Shown here: positions 26,817 through 36,963 of the stretch, one piece after another
Numbering within the stretch: the first letter of the stretch is position 1
How the letters are laid out: the number at the start of each line of letters is the position of its first letter
Source: Candidatus Sulfotelmatobacter sp.
GTDB taxonomy: Bacteria; Verrucomicrobiota; Verrucomicrobiia; Limisphaerales; UBA11358
DNA: 64,000 nt
Direction of reading: 5' to 3'
NCBI GenBank assembly: GCA_035503455.1
Contig: DATJTK010000074.1
Coordinates: forward strand, 3,536 to 67,535
Notes under the pieces: model-generated
Told to the model about the DNA's origin: nothing
What the model saw: only the letters and a program-made list of their open reading frames with translations
Database searches by the model: none
Position numbers and translations under genes: made by a program

Positions 26817-28043
26817 ATGATCCGGCATATTTCTTTCCGCGATGCGCGTTTCCCAATCGGCCACGGCCATGGAAGCGACGCCATCCATAGAGATCCAGTC
26901 TATTCCTATGCAGTCACGGAATTGCATGACGACAAAGGACCGACGGGCGTTGGCCTGGCCTTTACGCTGGGCGAAGGAAACCAGCTTGTCTGCGAAGCGG
27001 CGAAATTTTACGCCCAACGGCTGGTTGGCAAGCCGATTGACGAGATTATGGCGAATTTCGGAGCGCTGCAGCGCGCGATGGCGGATGAACAACAATTTCG
27101 CTGGCTCGGTCCGCATAAAGGGATTGTTCAACTGGCACTGGCCTCCGTGACAAACGCCTGCTGGGACCTTTGGGCCAAATCCCGCGGCTTGCCCCTTTGG
27201 AGATTGCTCCTGGATCTTGCGCCTGAACAGATCGTTGCCACTCTGGACCTGTCGTATTTGGAAGACGAACTCACCGCGCCGCTCGCGCTAAAAATACTTC
27301 GCGACTGGCGGCCGACGCGCTCCTCCCGCGAATCCGTTTTGAAATCGGGGTATCCCGGCTATGACACGTCGGTGGGCTGGTTTAATTACGATGACGCGCG
27401 GATACGTGAGAATTGCCGGCGGGCGGTCGCGGCAGGATTCACCGCGATGAAATTAAAGGTCGGATCCAGTGACCCGGAACGCGATTTGCGCCGGGCCAGG
27501 ATTGTTCGCGACGCGGCAGGCAGCGAAAGCCGAGTCATGGTGGATGCCAACCAGCAGTGGAATTTACCCCAGGCGATCGATATCTGCCGGAAATTGCGGG
27601 CCATCGATCCTTTCTGGATTGAAGAACCGACCCATCCCGATGATGTGCTGGCCCATAAAACGCTCGCCGACGCCGTCGCGCCAGTCAAAATCGCGCTTGG
27701 CGAGCATGTGGCCAACCGTGTGGCGTTCAAAAACTATTTGCAGGCGAAGTGCGCGGGCTTCATTCAGGTTGATGCCGTGCGCGTGGCCGGTGTGAGCGAG
27801 TTTCTCGGAGTGAGCTTGCTGTGCAGCAAGTTTGGCGTGCCCGTTGTGCCGCACGTAGGCGACATGGGGCAACTTCATCAGCATCTCGTTTTGTTCAATC
27901 ACATCGCGCTGGGCCAGGAAATTGTTTTCCTGGAGCATATTCCGCATTTGCGCGCGCATTTTGTGCATCCGTGTCGCGTTTCCAATGGGGTGTATCAAAC
28001 GCCGCAGGAAGCAGGCGCCAGTTGCGACTTGAAGTCCATATGA
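26817..28043 (+). CDS. fucD: L-fuconate dehydratase (enolase superfamily, mandelate racemase subgroup)
   Basis: Collinear with my recollection of Xanthomonas FucD: RFP..HGSDA, FRWLGPHKG, PLWRLL, KLKVG, VDANQQW, FWIEEPTHPDDVLAH, ALGEH..NRVAFK, QVDAVRVAGVSE, KFGVPVVPH. Confidence 0.75.
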   Translation: MIRHISFRDARFPIGHGHGSDAIHRDPVYSYAVTELHDDKGPTGVGLAFTLGEGNQLVCEAAKFYAQRLVGKPIDEIMANFGALQRAMADEQQFRWLGPHKGIVQLALASVTNACWDLWAKSRGLPLWRLLLDLAPEQIVATLDLSYLEDELTAPLALKILRDWRPTRSSRESVLKSGYPGYDTSVGWFNYDDARIRENCRRAVAAGFTAMKLKVGSSDPERDLRRARIVRDAAGSESRVMVDANQQWNLPQAIDICRKLRAIDPFWIEEPTHPDDVLAHKTLADAVAPVKIALGEHVANRVAFKNYLQAKCAGFIQVDAVRVAGVSEFLGVSLLCSKFGVPVVPHVGDMGQLHQHLVLFNHIALGQEIVFLEHIPHLRAHFVHPCRVSNGVYQTPQEAGASCDLKSI

Positions 28044-28058
28044 CAGAAAGGATCGATT

Positions 28059-28799
28059 ATGTTTAGCTTGAAAAAAAAGACAGCACTCGTCACAGGCGCT
28101 GCTTCGGGCATCGGCGCGGCGATTGCCCAAACATTTGCCGAAGCCGGAGCGGTTGTCTGGATTGCTGATACAAATGCGCCCGGCGGCAAAGCAATCGCGG
28201 ACCGGATTGGCGGAAAATTTATCGCCCTGGATGTCACCCATGAAGCGGCCTGCGAACAGGCTGCACAGTCGGTCGGTGCGTTGGATATCGTGGCAAATGT
28301 AGCCGGGATTGGCCACGTTGGGACGTTGATCAATACAACGGCTGCGGACCTGGACCGGCTGTATGCGGTTAACGTCCGGGGAATATTCAATTGTTGCAAA
28401 GCGTTTGTGTCTGCGATGCTGAGTCGAAAGAGCGGAAGCGTTATCAATATGGCGTCGATTGGAGGAATCGTCGCTGTGCGGGAGCGCTTGGCGTATACGA
28501 CAAGCAAGTTTGCCGTAGTGGGTCTGACCAAGGCGCTCGCGCTGGATCATTCGCATACCGGCGTCAGGTTTAATTGCATTTGTCCGGGCAGGGTTGAGAC
28601 GCCGTTTGTTCTTGAACGGCTCAAAGAATATCCCGATCCGCAGGCGGCATACCGTGAGATGGCGTCAACGCAGTTGAACGGGCGCATGGCAACGCCTCCC
28701 GAGATCGCCGCTGCGGCGCTCTATTTGGCGGCGAACGAAAGCGCTATGGTTACCGGCAGCACGATGATGATCGACGGTGGCTGGAGCGCGGGAAAATAA
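28059..28799 (+). CDS. Short-chain dehydrogenase/reductase (candidate 2-keto-3-deoxy-L-fuconate dehydrogenase)
   Basis: TGAASGIGAA and YTTSKFA motifs. Located immediately downstream of fucD. Confidence 0.85.
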   Translation: MFSLKKKTALVTGAASGIGAAIAQTFAEAGAVVWIADTNAPGGKAIADRIGGKFIALDVTHEAACEQAAQSVGALDIVANVAGIGHVGTLINTTAADLDRLYAVNVRGIFNCCKAFVSAMLSRKSGSVINMASIGGIVAVRERLAYTTSKFAVVGLTKALALDHSHTGVRFNCICPGRVETPFVLERLKEYPDPQAAYREMASTQLNGRMATPPEIAAAALYLAANESAMVTGSTMMIDGGWSAGK

Positions 28800-28802
28800 T
28801 TC

Positions 28803-30932
28803 ATGAATATTGTTCGCGGCTTCGTTCGAAAAATAATTTATTTCGGTGTTTTAGCCTGGTTGCCGGCTGCGCCTGGGAGTGTATTGCCGGCTGGCGTGCC
28901 GCCGCTTGATGAAATGGCCGGAAGCTGGCTGCCCGAAAAGAATGTGGCCAATCCGCCGGACGTAAACAATTTTCATGATATGCTGCTGGTCAACCGGGAC
29001 CTGACTTCGTTTTTCTGCAATCCGGAAGACTGGTTATGGGGATGGGGAGATGAAAAGTTTCAATCTGGATATCCACTGGTCGGGCTGACGGTTGCCGGCA
29101 GGGAATATCCGGCAATGGAATGCCGCTGGTATCCATATCGTGCCTTGCGCCGAAACAGAGATTGCGCGGGTTTTGTCCTGCAAACGGACACGCGAATGAT
29201 TAACGAGCAGCGAGCCGTCCTTGTCCAGGTTCAAATCTCCAATCCGGCTGGAACCGGGACAAATGTTCAAATTACGCTGTCGGTCCCGGGAATTTTGCAG
29301 ACGGATGGAATATCCGTGCTGAACACCAAACAACGTCCGGGATTTGTGACGGTCATTTGTCCCGCAACGAAGCCCGATGCTGTCACTAATGGTAACGGCA
29401 TGATCCATTGGTCCTGGAACGTGATGCTGCCGGCGCGTGGCGCAAATGAAATAGGATTTGTCGCGGGTGACGGGCATGCAACTGAGGCGCAAAATGTCCA
29501 GGCGAATGTAGCGCGCTGGGCGGCGAATTTTTCCAAAGAGTTCGATGGATTCAAGCAGTGTTGGGAGCAGCGTTGGGCCGACGCGTTTACGCCGGGCAAC
29601 CATCATTTTTCAGGCAGCCTGCCGGTACTGGTTACGGATAACGCGGCAATGAAACGGAACTATTATATGGGCATCCTCACGATGCTGGAGCTGGAGCGCA
29701 CGCAATTTCCGGTGTCTCCACGTTCGTTCATCACGAGCGGTGAACGCGCGCCGGGCACGCAGTTTTATTGGGATGCTTCGATGCAAAGCACCGTTTGGGC
29801 GCTGCTCGAACCCAATGGCATGAAATCCACGTTGCGCCGTTGGCTGGCTCAAAACGTGCGCAGCGGGGTGTCGATTAATTTGTTGCAGACGAACGGATTC
29901 GATTCGACGGTGTATGATCACATCGATGGCTACGCTTTCAACGCGTGCGCGATTTTCAAGACGACGCTGGATTATCTTCGCGTCACCGGCGATACGAATT
30001 TTCTCGATGAAAAATTGGAGAACGGCAAAACCGTGCTTCAGCGCATGGATGAAATGGCTGTGGACTGGCAAACGCTCACGCACCCGGACAGCCCGCTCGC
30101 GGATTATGGAGGGAATCGGAACCTGCTCGAATGTGCGCCGGCTTATATCGGGCGCGTTGCTTCCTGCAACGCACAAAATGTCTGGATGATGCGCAAGGAT
30201 GCCGAACTTCAAGAGCTAAAAGGCAATACCGGCCGCGCCAGAGAACTGCGGGGCTATGCGGAAAAACTTTTGCCCGCCGTGTTGTCGCTTTATAAATCCG
30301 GCGACGGTGTTTGGTATGGATTGCACGACGACGGCCAACGCGTCGAATTGCGGCATTGCGTTGATTATATCTATGTCGGCAATGCGCTCGCCAACGACCT
30401 GACGCCTCGCATGCGCCGTGAAATGACGGATTTCGTCAAACGCGAATTATTGACGCGCTACTGGATGCGCGCGATGAGCCTTAAAGACGCTGCCGCAAGA
30501 ATTTCCGACCGGCCCGATCATGGGCCGATGGGGGCTTACGACGGTTGGCCGGCCCTTACAGTCGGGACAATGTGGCGGCTTGGTTTTCCAGGCGACGCAT
30601 TTAATTTTTATTGTCGAACGGCTGGCGTGACGAGGGAAGGTCCGTTCGCCCAGGCGCGGGAATTTTACGGGCCAAAGCGCGAGCAATATGATGCGCCGGT
30701 TCGGATTGCTGAGCGCGAGGGTTGCATGAAGGAATGTATCAGCGGCGCCGCATTTGCGGACGTCGTTGTTAGCACTTTTTTTGGTTTCTCGCCGTCGGTA
30801 GACGGAGAAAATATCCTGGCTGATCCAAAAACGCCCAGGCCGTTTAGCGGCAAATTGCTCCATGTTTCGTTTCGTGGCCAAAGATTGACAATTGATGCCG
30901 GTGGCAAGGGCGCGGTGGTTGTTAAGGAATGA
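28803..30932 (+). CDS. Secreted hypothetical protein, 709 aa (possible six-hairpin-type glycosidase)
   Basis: N-terminal signal-like segment. Its ATG is 4 nt after the SDR stop, so it is probably co-transcribed. The glycosidase idea rests only on context and a FYWDASMQS segment. Confidence 0.6.
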   Translation: MNIVRGFVRKIIYFGVLAWLPAAPGSVLPAGVPPLDEMAGSWLPEKNVANPPDVNNFHDMLLVNRDLTSFFCNPEDWLWGWGDEKFQSGYPLVGLTVAGREYPAMECRWYPYRALRRNRDCAGFVLQTDTRMINEQRAVLVQVQISNPAGTGTNVQITLSVPGILQTDGISVLNTKQRPGFVTVICPATKPDAVTNGNGMIHWSWNVMLPARGANEIGFVAGDGHATEAQNVQANVARWAANFSKEFDGFKQCWEQRWADAFTPGNHHFSGSLPVLVTDNAAMKRNYYMGILTMLELERTQFPVSPRSFITSGERAPGTQFYWDASMQSTVWALLEPNGMKSTLRRWLAQNVRSGVSINLLQTNGFDSTVYDHIDGYAFNACAIFKTTLDYLRVTGDTNFLDEKLENGKTVLQRMDEMAVDWQTLTHPDSPLADYGGNRNLLECAPAYIGRVASCNAQNVWMMRKDAELQELKGNTGRARELRGYAEKLLPAVLSLYKSGDGVWYGLHDDGQRVELRHCVDYIYVGNALANDLTPRMRREMTDFVKRELLTRYWMRAMSLKDAAARISDRPDHGPMGAYDGWPALTVGTMWRLGFPGDAFNFYCRTAGVTREGPFAQAREFYGPKREQYDAPVRIAEREGCMKECISGAAFADVVVSTFFGFSPSVDGENILADPKTPRPFSGKLLHVSFRGQRLTIDAGGKGAVVVKE

Positions 30933-30994
30933 GGGGTATTTTTGACAGAGTGTGAATTAATTAGAGCGGACGCATGTCCGCTGCTACGAATTCG

Positions 30995-31690
30995 CTACGG
31001 TTGCTCCAGCAATTTTTCAATGTCCGCTGCTATCGGGGCGGATTGGATGGTAATGCCCAGACCATTAAAGTGCACATTGTCCTGGTGATACTCGGGATGG
31101 CCGCGCATGGGCGTATTCAGATCTTCCACCGGGATGCCCTGGGCCTGCATTAATTTCGCCGCTATCGCATTCCGTGCGTCGATGCGCTTGTCCGTCGCTA
31201 TGGTATCGTTTTCTGATGAGGGAGGGGAAACTTTTAGAGGGGTTGTATTGGCCCAAATGAGTTTCGCATTGGGTGCATACTCACGGATTGTCTTGAGATA
31301 TTCCGGCAAGGCCTCTTCATATTCCTGTTCACTGTGCTGCCAGCCATGCATGCCGTTGTTAATGTGAATTACATCGAATTTGTACTGGCTTAACACCATT
31401 TTGATTTGCATGAGCAAAACCGGATCCGAAATAAAGGCGGAGCTGCAGAGCCTGCCAACATAAGCCTTGCCGGCGAGGCGTTTTTCCACCTGGGGATAGT
31501 AGGCGCGAGTAATGGAGTCACCAATGAGCAATACGCGAGGAAGATTGGTTTCGTTGGCGTGGGATATCCAGATGTCGCACCACTCGATGGATTCGCGGGC
31601 GGACGGCGGATAGTCGGCCGCTTTACCGGTTTCAGTGAATGTAAAAATGGCGGGAATGAGCAGGAGAAAAAAGAATTTGGTTTTAAGCAT
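30995..31690 (-). CDS. SGNH/GDSL-family hydrolase (carbohydrate esterase-like), secreted
   Basis: Block I LLIGDSITRAY, block III NNGMHG, block V DNVHF. Signal peptide MLKTKFFFLLLIPAIF. Confidence 0.8.
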   Translation of the reverse strand: MLKTKFFFLLLIPAIFTFTETGKAADYPPSARESIEWCDIWISHANETNLPRVLLIGDSITRAYYPQVEKRLAGKAYVGRLCSSAFISDPVLLMQIKMVLSQYKFDVIHINNGMHGWQHSEQEYEEALPEYLKTIREYAPNAKLIWANTTPLKVSPPSSENDTIATDKRIDARNAIAAKLMQAQGIPVEDLNTPMRGHPEYHQDNVHFNGLGITIQSAPIAADIEKLLEQP

Positions 31691-31794
31691 GGCCTCTATT
31701 TTAGAATGTCCCCGGTTTTGCATCAAACAAACCGCCGGACTTTTCCTTCAGTCCGGCGGTCTGAATTAGAATGCGAGTGTTGTCGTCATCCACG

Positions 31795-34731
31795 TTACTG
31801 CCTGATGATATAGAACCGTTGCGGACCCGAGAGCGAATTGGTCACACTGAAGCCGCCGCTGCCATTGAATGAGTTGGTGGCGATGGGCGTCCATTGTGAC
31901 AGCGGGGTCAGCAGGTTCGTGCTGGTGAGTACGTAGTACGTTCCATTGTCCGAACCGCCTGTTCCGCTAAAGATGAAGTTTCCGCCGGATGTATAGGTGC
32001 TGCTAACTACTGGTCCTGTGCCGGAGGAAACCACGCTGATAATGCCGCTGCTCAACTGGCTTGTGTTCCATGCCAGACCAGTGCCAGGCGAGGCGGGGCT
32101 GATGCTCGTAAACGAGCCCGAATAAGTGGCCGCGCTGAATATCTGGAACGAGCTGCCGGCAGTCAGCGGCGAACTGCTGACGTTGGCGAGATTCAGCGTG
32201 CCGCCGTAGGTGATATTTGCAGCAGCTTCAATTTCGTCATTTGTCGTTCCATCCAGTTTGATGAGTGTCGTGCCGTTCAGGGTGACATTGTCGGACGCCG
32301 CCAGGATGCCAACGGGATTGGCGCCTGTGGTAATGCCGATGGTCGTGTTCGTGCCACCCGGCGAAATGATCGCGCCGCTGGAAACCACGAGGCTTCCATT
32401 GATACCGCCAATGCCCTCGAGGATTTGATCGTTGGCCAATGTGAATGTCTGGTCAGAGCGACCGCTGACGTCGATATGGCTGACTGTGGGGTCGTTGCCC
32501 CCGAAGAAAATCAGGGAACTGTGCGTGATGGAGCCGTTGCCGGTCAAGGCCACGATTGGCGTATTGCCGCTGCTGCCAATGACCGTCGGCCCGCTATAAG
32601 TATTGGATGCCGAAAACTGCATGGCATTGTTGTAGTTATCCAACACGAAACCGCCAACGCCGCTGACGACATTGGTGTAATCCATGTAATGGTCCCCGAC
32701 CACAAAATGGACGACACCATTCAGGGTCACGGCGCTGTCAATCGGCGTGGTGTCGCCGGTGTTGTAATAGCTTTCGAAGGTCGAACCCTCGTCCATCACC
32801 AGTGTGCTGCCATAAAAACCGCCCGGCGCCGAATAGTGATCGATCGCGGCTCCGCTTTCGAGATGAATGCTGCCGTTGAAGCCGCCTCCGTAAAAGACCA
32901 ACTGGTCATTGGTGCAGACGGTCATAACCGTCGAGGGGTTCTGGAAACTGTCATCCATTCCGCTAAATCCCAGGGAATTGGTCACCCCGTTTGCCGCCTG
33001 GGCGTTCGTTACGGTAATGCCCAGGACATTGCCAATAGTCAGCGAATTCCATTGTGCATAGTGGCTGTCTGCATCGGATGACCAATCCACCGTCAAATTG
33101 TGAGGGCCGCTGATTTGCGAGCCGCTGCCCAAATCCCAGCGATTGGCTCCGCCGAAACTGGTGTCGCCGGCCAGGGTGATATTGAGCTGTTCAACTGGAT
33201 AATCGTCATAGCTGTTGTAAAGCGCGCCTTCCCCGTTGACTCCTGTGCCTGAGACAGTGGCGGGGGTGATGTTGTTAAACTGACCGCCGCCAAAATCCAA
33301 TGTGGCGTTGTTGGTCACGGTAATTGCCGAAATCACGCGCAAACAGTTATTGCCTGCGTAGAAAGAGCCGCCAGCGATAGTGGCGGTGCCGGTAAAGCTG
33401 CCCGCGCTGGTAATGGTCAACGGACTGGTTCCTAATTTGACGAGACTGCCCGAACCGCTAATGGCGCCTGATGAGATGTCAAAAGTATTTGTCGAGGTGT
33501 TGACGGTGATGAGGCTGGGCGTAACGGTGCCGCTCACCGTGACGGACGTGGGCACACCGGGGGTATCGTCAAACAACACGTTGTCGCCCTGGTTGAACAC
33601 CGTTTGAGTATCGTTTGAGAGGTTCAGCCAATTGGCTGACGTATCCACGTCCCATTGCCCGTTGTTACCGTTGGCGGTCCATTCCAGATGGTTTGGAGTA
33701 GAAACAGTAAGAGTGGCGGAAAGACTGTTAGTGGTTCCGTTGGCGTTGCCGACCACGACGCTATAGTTGCCGGCATTGGTGAGCTGCAGGTTATTTAAAG
33801 TTAGAGAGGTGCCGGTCTGGCCGGGCAGGGGAGTGCTGCCCTCATACCATTGATTTGTGGTGGACAAGCCACTAACCGCGGTGACGGTGAAGGTAGCCGA
33901 ACCGCCCACAAAGCTGGACTGCGACTGGGGTTGAGTGATGATAATCGGCCTGGAGGTCGCCGGAGAAGCATTCAATTCCGCTGCGAAGTAGTGCTTTAAT
34001 ACCTGGGCGGCTGTCAAACCATGGTCGTACATGGCCACCTGGCAAAGGTTGCCGTAGAATTCCCGGCCATCCCCACCGGAGGTTCCATTTCCAATTGCCC
34101 ACGTATCAGGATTGGAAAAGGCAATCGATCCTGTTGTATCCGCGGCGCTGGCAACCAATTGCCCGTTGATATACAGGTAATCGTTGGTGCCGTCGTTGGA
34201 CAACACAATATATACCCACTGCGTGTTTTGCTGGCCGCCGCTAAGCCCGCCGGTGCCGAAATAGCCGAAGTAGTTGGCGCCATAGACGCCATTTTCCCTT
34301 AGCGCGATTTCCTGATAATTGTCCGAATCATATCCCTTGCCGATGATATCACCAAAGGTGGTTGAATCAGCGGGTTGGGCCCATGCTTCCAGGGTAGTAG
34401 GGCCGGTGAAATTCAACAAAGAGGTGTTGGGCCCGGTGCTCAGGTCAACCTCAGCCGCATTAAAACTGACGGCATTGGTGATATAGGCCGTCGGCCCGGG
34501 GACGGTGTTGGCGGGAGTAATATTGTAATAGGTCCCATAGTTGCCATTCCCTGAAAAGTCAGTGGCGATAGAATAACCGCCAGCGGTATTGGTATCCTCG
34601 CTGAAGTTGAGGGGCCAATACCCCAATGGATTATCTGAAAGAACGGTTGATTGATAATCAGCGCGGGCGCTGATGGTGGCCATTGCAGAGAGTATGGCAA
34701 TGAGCCAATTAAGACAGTAGGAATTGCGCAT
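31795..34731 (-). CDS. Large secreted protein: LamG/ConA-like lectin domain, Ig-like domain, autotransporter-associated beta-strand repeats
   Basis: 978 aa with a signal peptide. LamG-like region (TLEAWAQP...YLYINGQLV...CQVAMYDHGLTAAQV), Ig-like region (PIIITQPQSQSSFVGGSATFTV...NAGNYSVVV), then repetitive G/T/N-rich beta-strand repeats (GSGSLVKLGTSPLTI). Confidence 0.8.
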   Translation of the reverse strand: MRNSYCLNWLIAILSAMATISARADYQSTVLSDNPLGYWPLNFSEDTNTAGGYSIATDFSGNGNYGTYYNITPANTVPGPTAYITNAVSFNAAEVDLSTGPNTSLLNFTGPTTLEAWAQPADSTTFGDIIGKGYDSDNYQEIALRENGVYGANYFGYFGTGGLSGGQQNTQWVYIVLSNDGTNDYLYINGQLVASAADTTGSIAFSNPDTWAIGNGTSGGDGREFYGNLCQVAMYDHGLTAAQVLKHYFAAELNASPATSRPIIITQPQSQSSFVGGSATFTVTAVSGLSTTNQWYEGSTPLPGQTGTSLTLNNLQLTNAGNYSVVVGNANGTTNSLSATLTVSTPNHLEWTANGNNGQWDVDTSANWLNLSNDTQTVFNQGDNVLFDDTPGVPTSVTVSGTVTPSLITVNTSTNTFDISSGAISGSGSLVKLGTSPLTITSAGSFTGTATIAGGSFYAGNNCLRVISAITVTNNATLDFGGGQFNNITPATVSGTGVNGEGALYNSYDDYPVEQLNITLAGDTSFGGANRWDLGSGSQISGPHNLTVDWSSDADSHYAQWNSLTIGNVLGITVTNAQAANGVTNSLGFSGMDDSFQNPSTVMTVCTNDQLVFYGGGFNGSIHLESGAAIDHYSAPGGFYGSTLVMDEGSTFESYYNTGDTTPIDSAVTLNGVVHFVVGDHYMDYTNVVSGVGGFVLDNYNNAMQFSASNTYSGPTVIGSSGNTPIVALTGNGSITHSSLIFFGGNDPTVSHIDVSGRSDQTFTLANDQILEGIGGINGSLVVSSGAIISPGGTNTTIGITTGANPVGILAASDNVTLNGTTLIKLDGTTNDEIEAAANITYGGTLNLANVSSSPLTAGSSFQIFSAATYSGSFTSISPASPGTGLAWNTSQLSSGIISVVSSGTGPVVSSTYTSGGNFIFSGTGGSDNGTYYVLTSTNLLTPLSQWTPIATNSFNGSGGFSVTNSLSGPQRFYIIRQ

Positions 34732-34804
34732 GGGAATCTGTTGTTTTATGGGTGGTTTTGTTTTACGAGAGTTTGTGCGGAGGCTGGTTGACTAATAACA
34801 AACA

Positions 34805-35746
34805 CTAGGGATGGTTCGGCGCGACGCAGTGCTGGATAAGCCAGGGCGCATCGTGCCCGCTGGTGTCAGGTTTATAGGGTGATAATTGGTAATCGTATAT
34901 GCCGGAACCCACCGCCAATGTTGCTGTGCCCGTTGCCTGAATCGCCGGATCCAGCCATTTTCTGGCTTCGGCATGGCCGTCGGCAAAAGAAAACGTGCCG
35001 ACGTCGCCGTGATAGGTCGCAAAAATATCAACAAAATTGAACGTGATTGGAGGGAGCGGCCCAGTGACGTTCATCGCGAAAGTATCATTGTTGTATCCCC
35101 TGGTATCGGATTGCTCCGCGAAGATCATGCAATCGGAAACTCTGCGTATCTGCGACATTTCTGAATAACTTTCATCGAATCCCGAATTTGGAATGCCTTC
35201 CACATTTTCCGTAACGGCATAACTGTCATAGGCCCACCCGATGGCCGGACTGCTGCCAATCGGCAGATTGAACCGCACATCGCCGGGACAATGAAAGACC
35301 CCTGGATTGCCACAATAGGGGGCCAGGAGATTATTCGTCGTAAAATCTCCCTCGATATCCGCCAAAGCGGTCCCCACAGATGCGCCGGCGCCGCTGAGAG
35401 GGGGAAGACTCGGATTGATGCCCCAAAAACCTCCGCCGTCCAACATGCCGGACCAGATAGGCAATCCCGCTGAGGTTCCCGTCATGATATGTGACTGAAT
35501 GAGATTATTGTTGTTTTCATTCACATACATGGTGAAGGCCAAACCCATCTGTTTTTGGTTATTCAAGCAGGCTGCTTCCGTCGCTTTTAGCCGGGCCCGC
35601 TCCAGCACTGGCAACAATATTGCGGCGAGAATGGCGATGATGGCGATGACGACCAACAACTCAATTAAAGTGAATGCTCCAAAACGAGAGGCGTTGGCAC
35701 CCAACCGGCCCTTGCCCCGCAAAGTTCTGTCTAACGTGCAATACAT
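34805..35746 (-). CDS. Prepilin-type N-terminal cleavage/methylation domain protein with H-X9-DG motif (type II pseudopilin-like)
   Basis: [25 protein letters not shown]-terminus and C-terminal [14 protein letters not shown] (H-X9-DG). Confidence 0.9.
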   Translation of the reverse strand: MYCTLDRTLRGKGRLGANASRFGAFTLIELLVVIAIIAILAAILLPVLERARLKATEAACLNNQKQMGLAFTMYVNENNNNLIQSHIMTGTSAGLPIWSGMLDGGGFWGINPSLPPLSGAGASVGTALADIEGDFTTNNLLAPYCGNPGVFHCPGDVRFNLPIGSSPAIGWAYDSYAVTENVEGIPNSGFDESYSEMSQIRRVSDCMIFAEQSDTRGYNNDTFAMNVTGPLPPITFNFVDIFATYHGDVGTFSFADGHAEARKWLDPAIQATGTATLAVGSGIYDYQLSPYKPDTSGHDAPWLIQHCVAPNHP

Positions 35747-36020
35747 GCGTTTCGTTTTCTTTCTTGCTGGCAGATTGATGTCAAATTAACCGATTCGTAA
35801 GTGCCAATCTTCCAATTTTATTCGGCGAAGAATATTGAACACCGTTTGTGGGTTCCGGCCGGCGGTTTCGACGTCCAGCGGCATTTCGCAAGTCACTTTC
35901 ATGTTCGGCCAAATTCAACAGTTAGCGGGAGCTTTAACCCCTGCAATACCCAATGCGAGGATTCCGGGAAGAGTCGCTAAATAATTTTGGAAATTTTTTT
36001 GCATGCATTGGGGCCGTGAA

Positions 36021-36240
36021 CCGTAGCGCAGGTTTCCAAACCAGCTGTATCGCGGGTTTCTAAACCCGCTGACCGTGCGAAGTCGCGCGCCCGTTCAATT
36101 TGGGAATGCGCACACTGCGTGCGAAGCTGCCTGGAAACACGACAAATTATGGCGTTTCTAAACCCCGGCGCCGTACAACGTCGCACGGCCAGCCGATTTG
36201 GAAATCGGCGATACAGCAGGTTTGGAAACCTGCGCTACGG
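36021..36240. repeat. 60-nt inverted repeats (36021-36080 / 36181-36240) built from GCAGGTTTCCAAACCTGC-type mini-hairpins
   Basis: The arms are reverse complements except for a module in which both arms keep an internal 8-bp hairpin using different base pairs. A single related module lies at 54380-54397. Confidence 0.85.
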
Positions 36241-36274
36241 TGCTGCGAGCGGTCAAAACCTTCAAAACGGCAAC

Positions 36275-36862
36275 CTACGATCGATTGAGTTCGTTCAGTA
36301 TCCAGGCACGGGCGAAGGTCCAATAATTTCGCGCGGTGGCGTCCGATATGCCCAGGACGTGGGCGGTTTCCTCGTGAGTCATGCCCGCGAAGAAGCGAAG
36401 TTTTACCACCTCGGCCTTTACGGGATGTTGCCGCGCAAATTCATCGAGCACTTCATCCAGGGCCAGTATCTCCTGGTCTGCATCGGGCGCCGCAAGATTC
36501 AGTTGTTCGAAATCGATCCGTGTGTAACCGCCGCCATGACGTACCGTCAGCTTGCGGCGGGCACGATCAATGAGAATGCGGCGCATGGCTTCGGCCGCGG
36601 CGGAAAAAAAGTGGGCGCGATTTTCATATGCTGGCTGGTTGGCGCCCACCAATCGCAACCAGGCTTCGTGCACCAGGGCGGTGGGTTGGAGGGTTTGATT
36701 CGGTGCTTCCCGGGAAATCTTGCTGGCGGCTAAACGGCGCAACTCCTCGTAAACCAATTCCAGCAGCTTTTCGGCGGCAGTCGGATTGCCCTGTTCAATG
36801 GCGTTCAACAATAAGGTGGCGTCGCTCACGCTTCGAAGTACAAATTGGATACCGCTAACCAT
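36275..36862 (-). CDS. ECF-type sigma-70 family factor (Sigma70_ECF, kinase-associated type)
   Basis: ATLLLNAIEQGNPTAAEKLLELVYEELRRLAASKI...TLQPTALVHEAWLRLVG is typical of the PF07638-type ECF sigma. The region-4 HTH is TAHVLGISDATARNYW. Confidence 0.88.
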   Translation of the reverse strand: MVSGIQFVLRSVSDATLLLNAIEQGNPTAAEKLLELVYEELRRLAASKISREAPNQTLQPTALVHEAWLRLVGANQPAYENRAHFFSAAAEAMRRILIDRARRKLTVRHGGGYTRIDFEQLNLAAPDADQEILALDEVLDEFARQHPVKAEVVKLRFFAGMTHEETAHVLGISDATARNYWTFARAWILNELNRS

Positions 36863-36963
36863 AGCATCAAACGCCTGTCAGAGCGACAGAATTTCGGCGT
36901 TTTTTTAATTGGGCGCCTTTGGCAGGGACAGCGCGCTGCGCTGTCCCCGCCCGCGCAGATGCC

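Noticed and set aside
30950-30990. Hairpin AGCGGAC-gcat-GTCCGCT between the convergent 709-aa and SGNH genes, considered as a bidirectional terminator
   Set aside because: The stem is only 7 bp and there is no T-run on either strand, which is too weak to call.
36119-36733. 204-aa plus-strand ORF
   Set aside because: It is antisense to the ECF sigma gene, and its N-terminus is built from the GGTTTCCAAACC repeat (peptide SRFGNRRYSRFGNLRYG).
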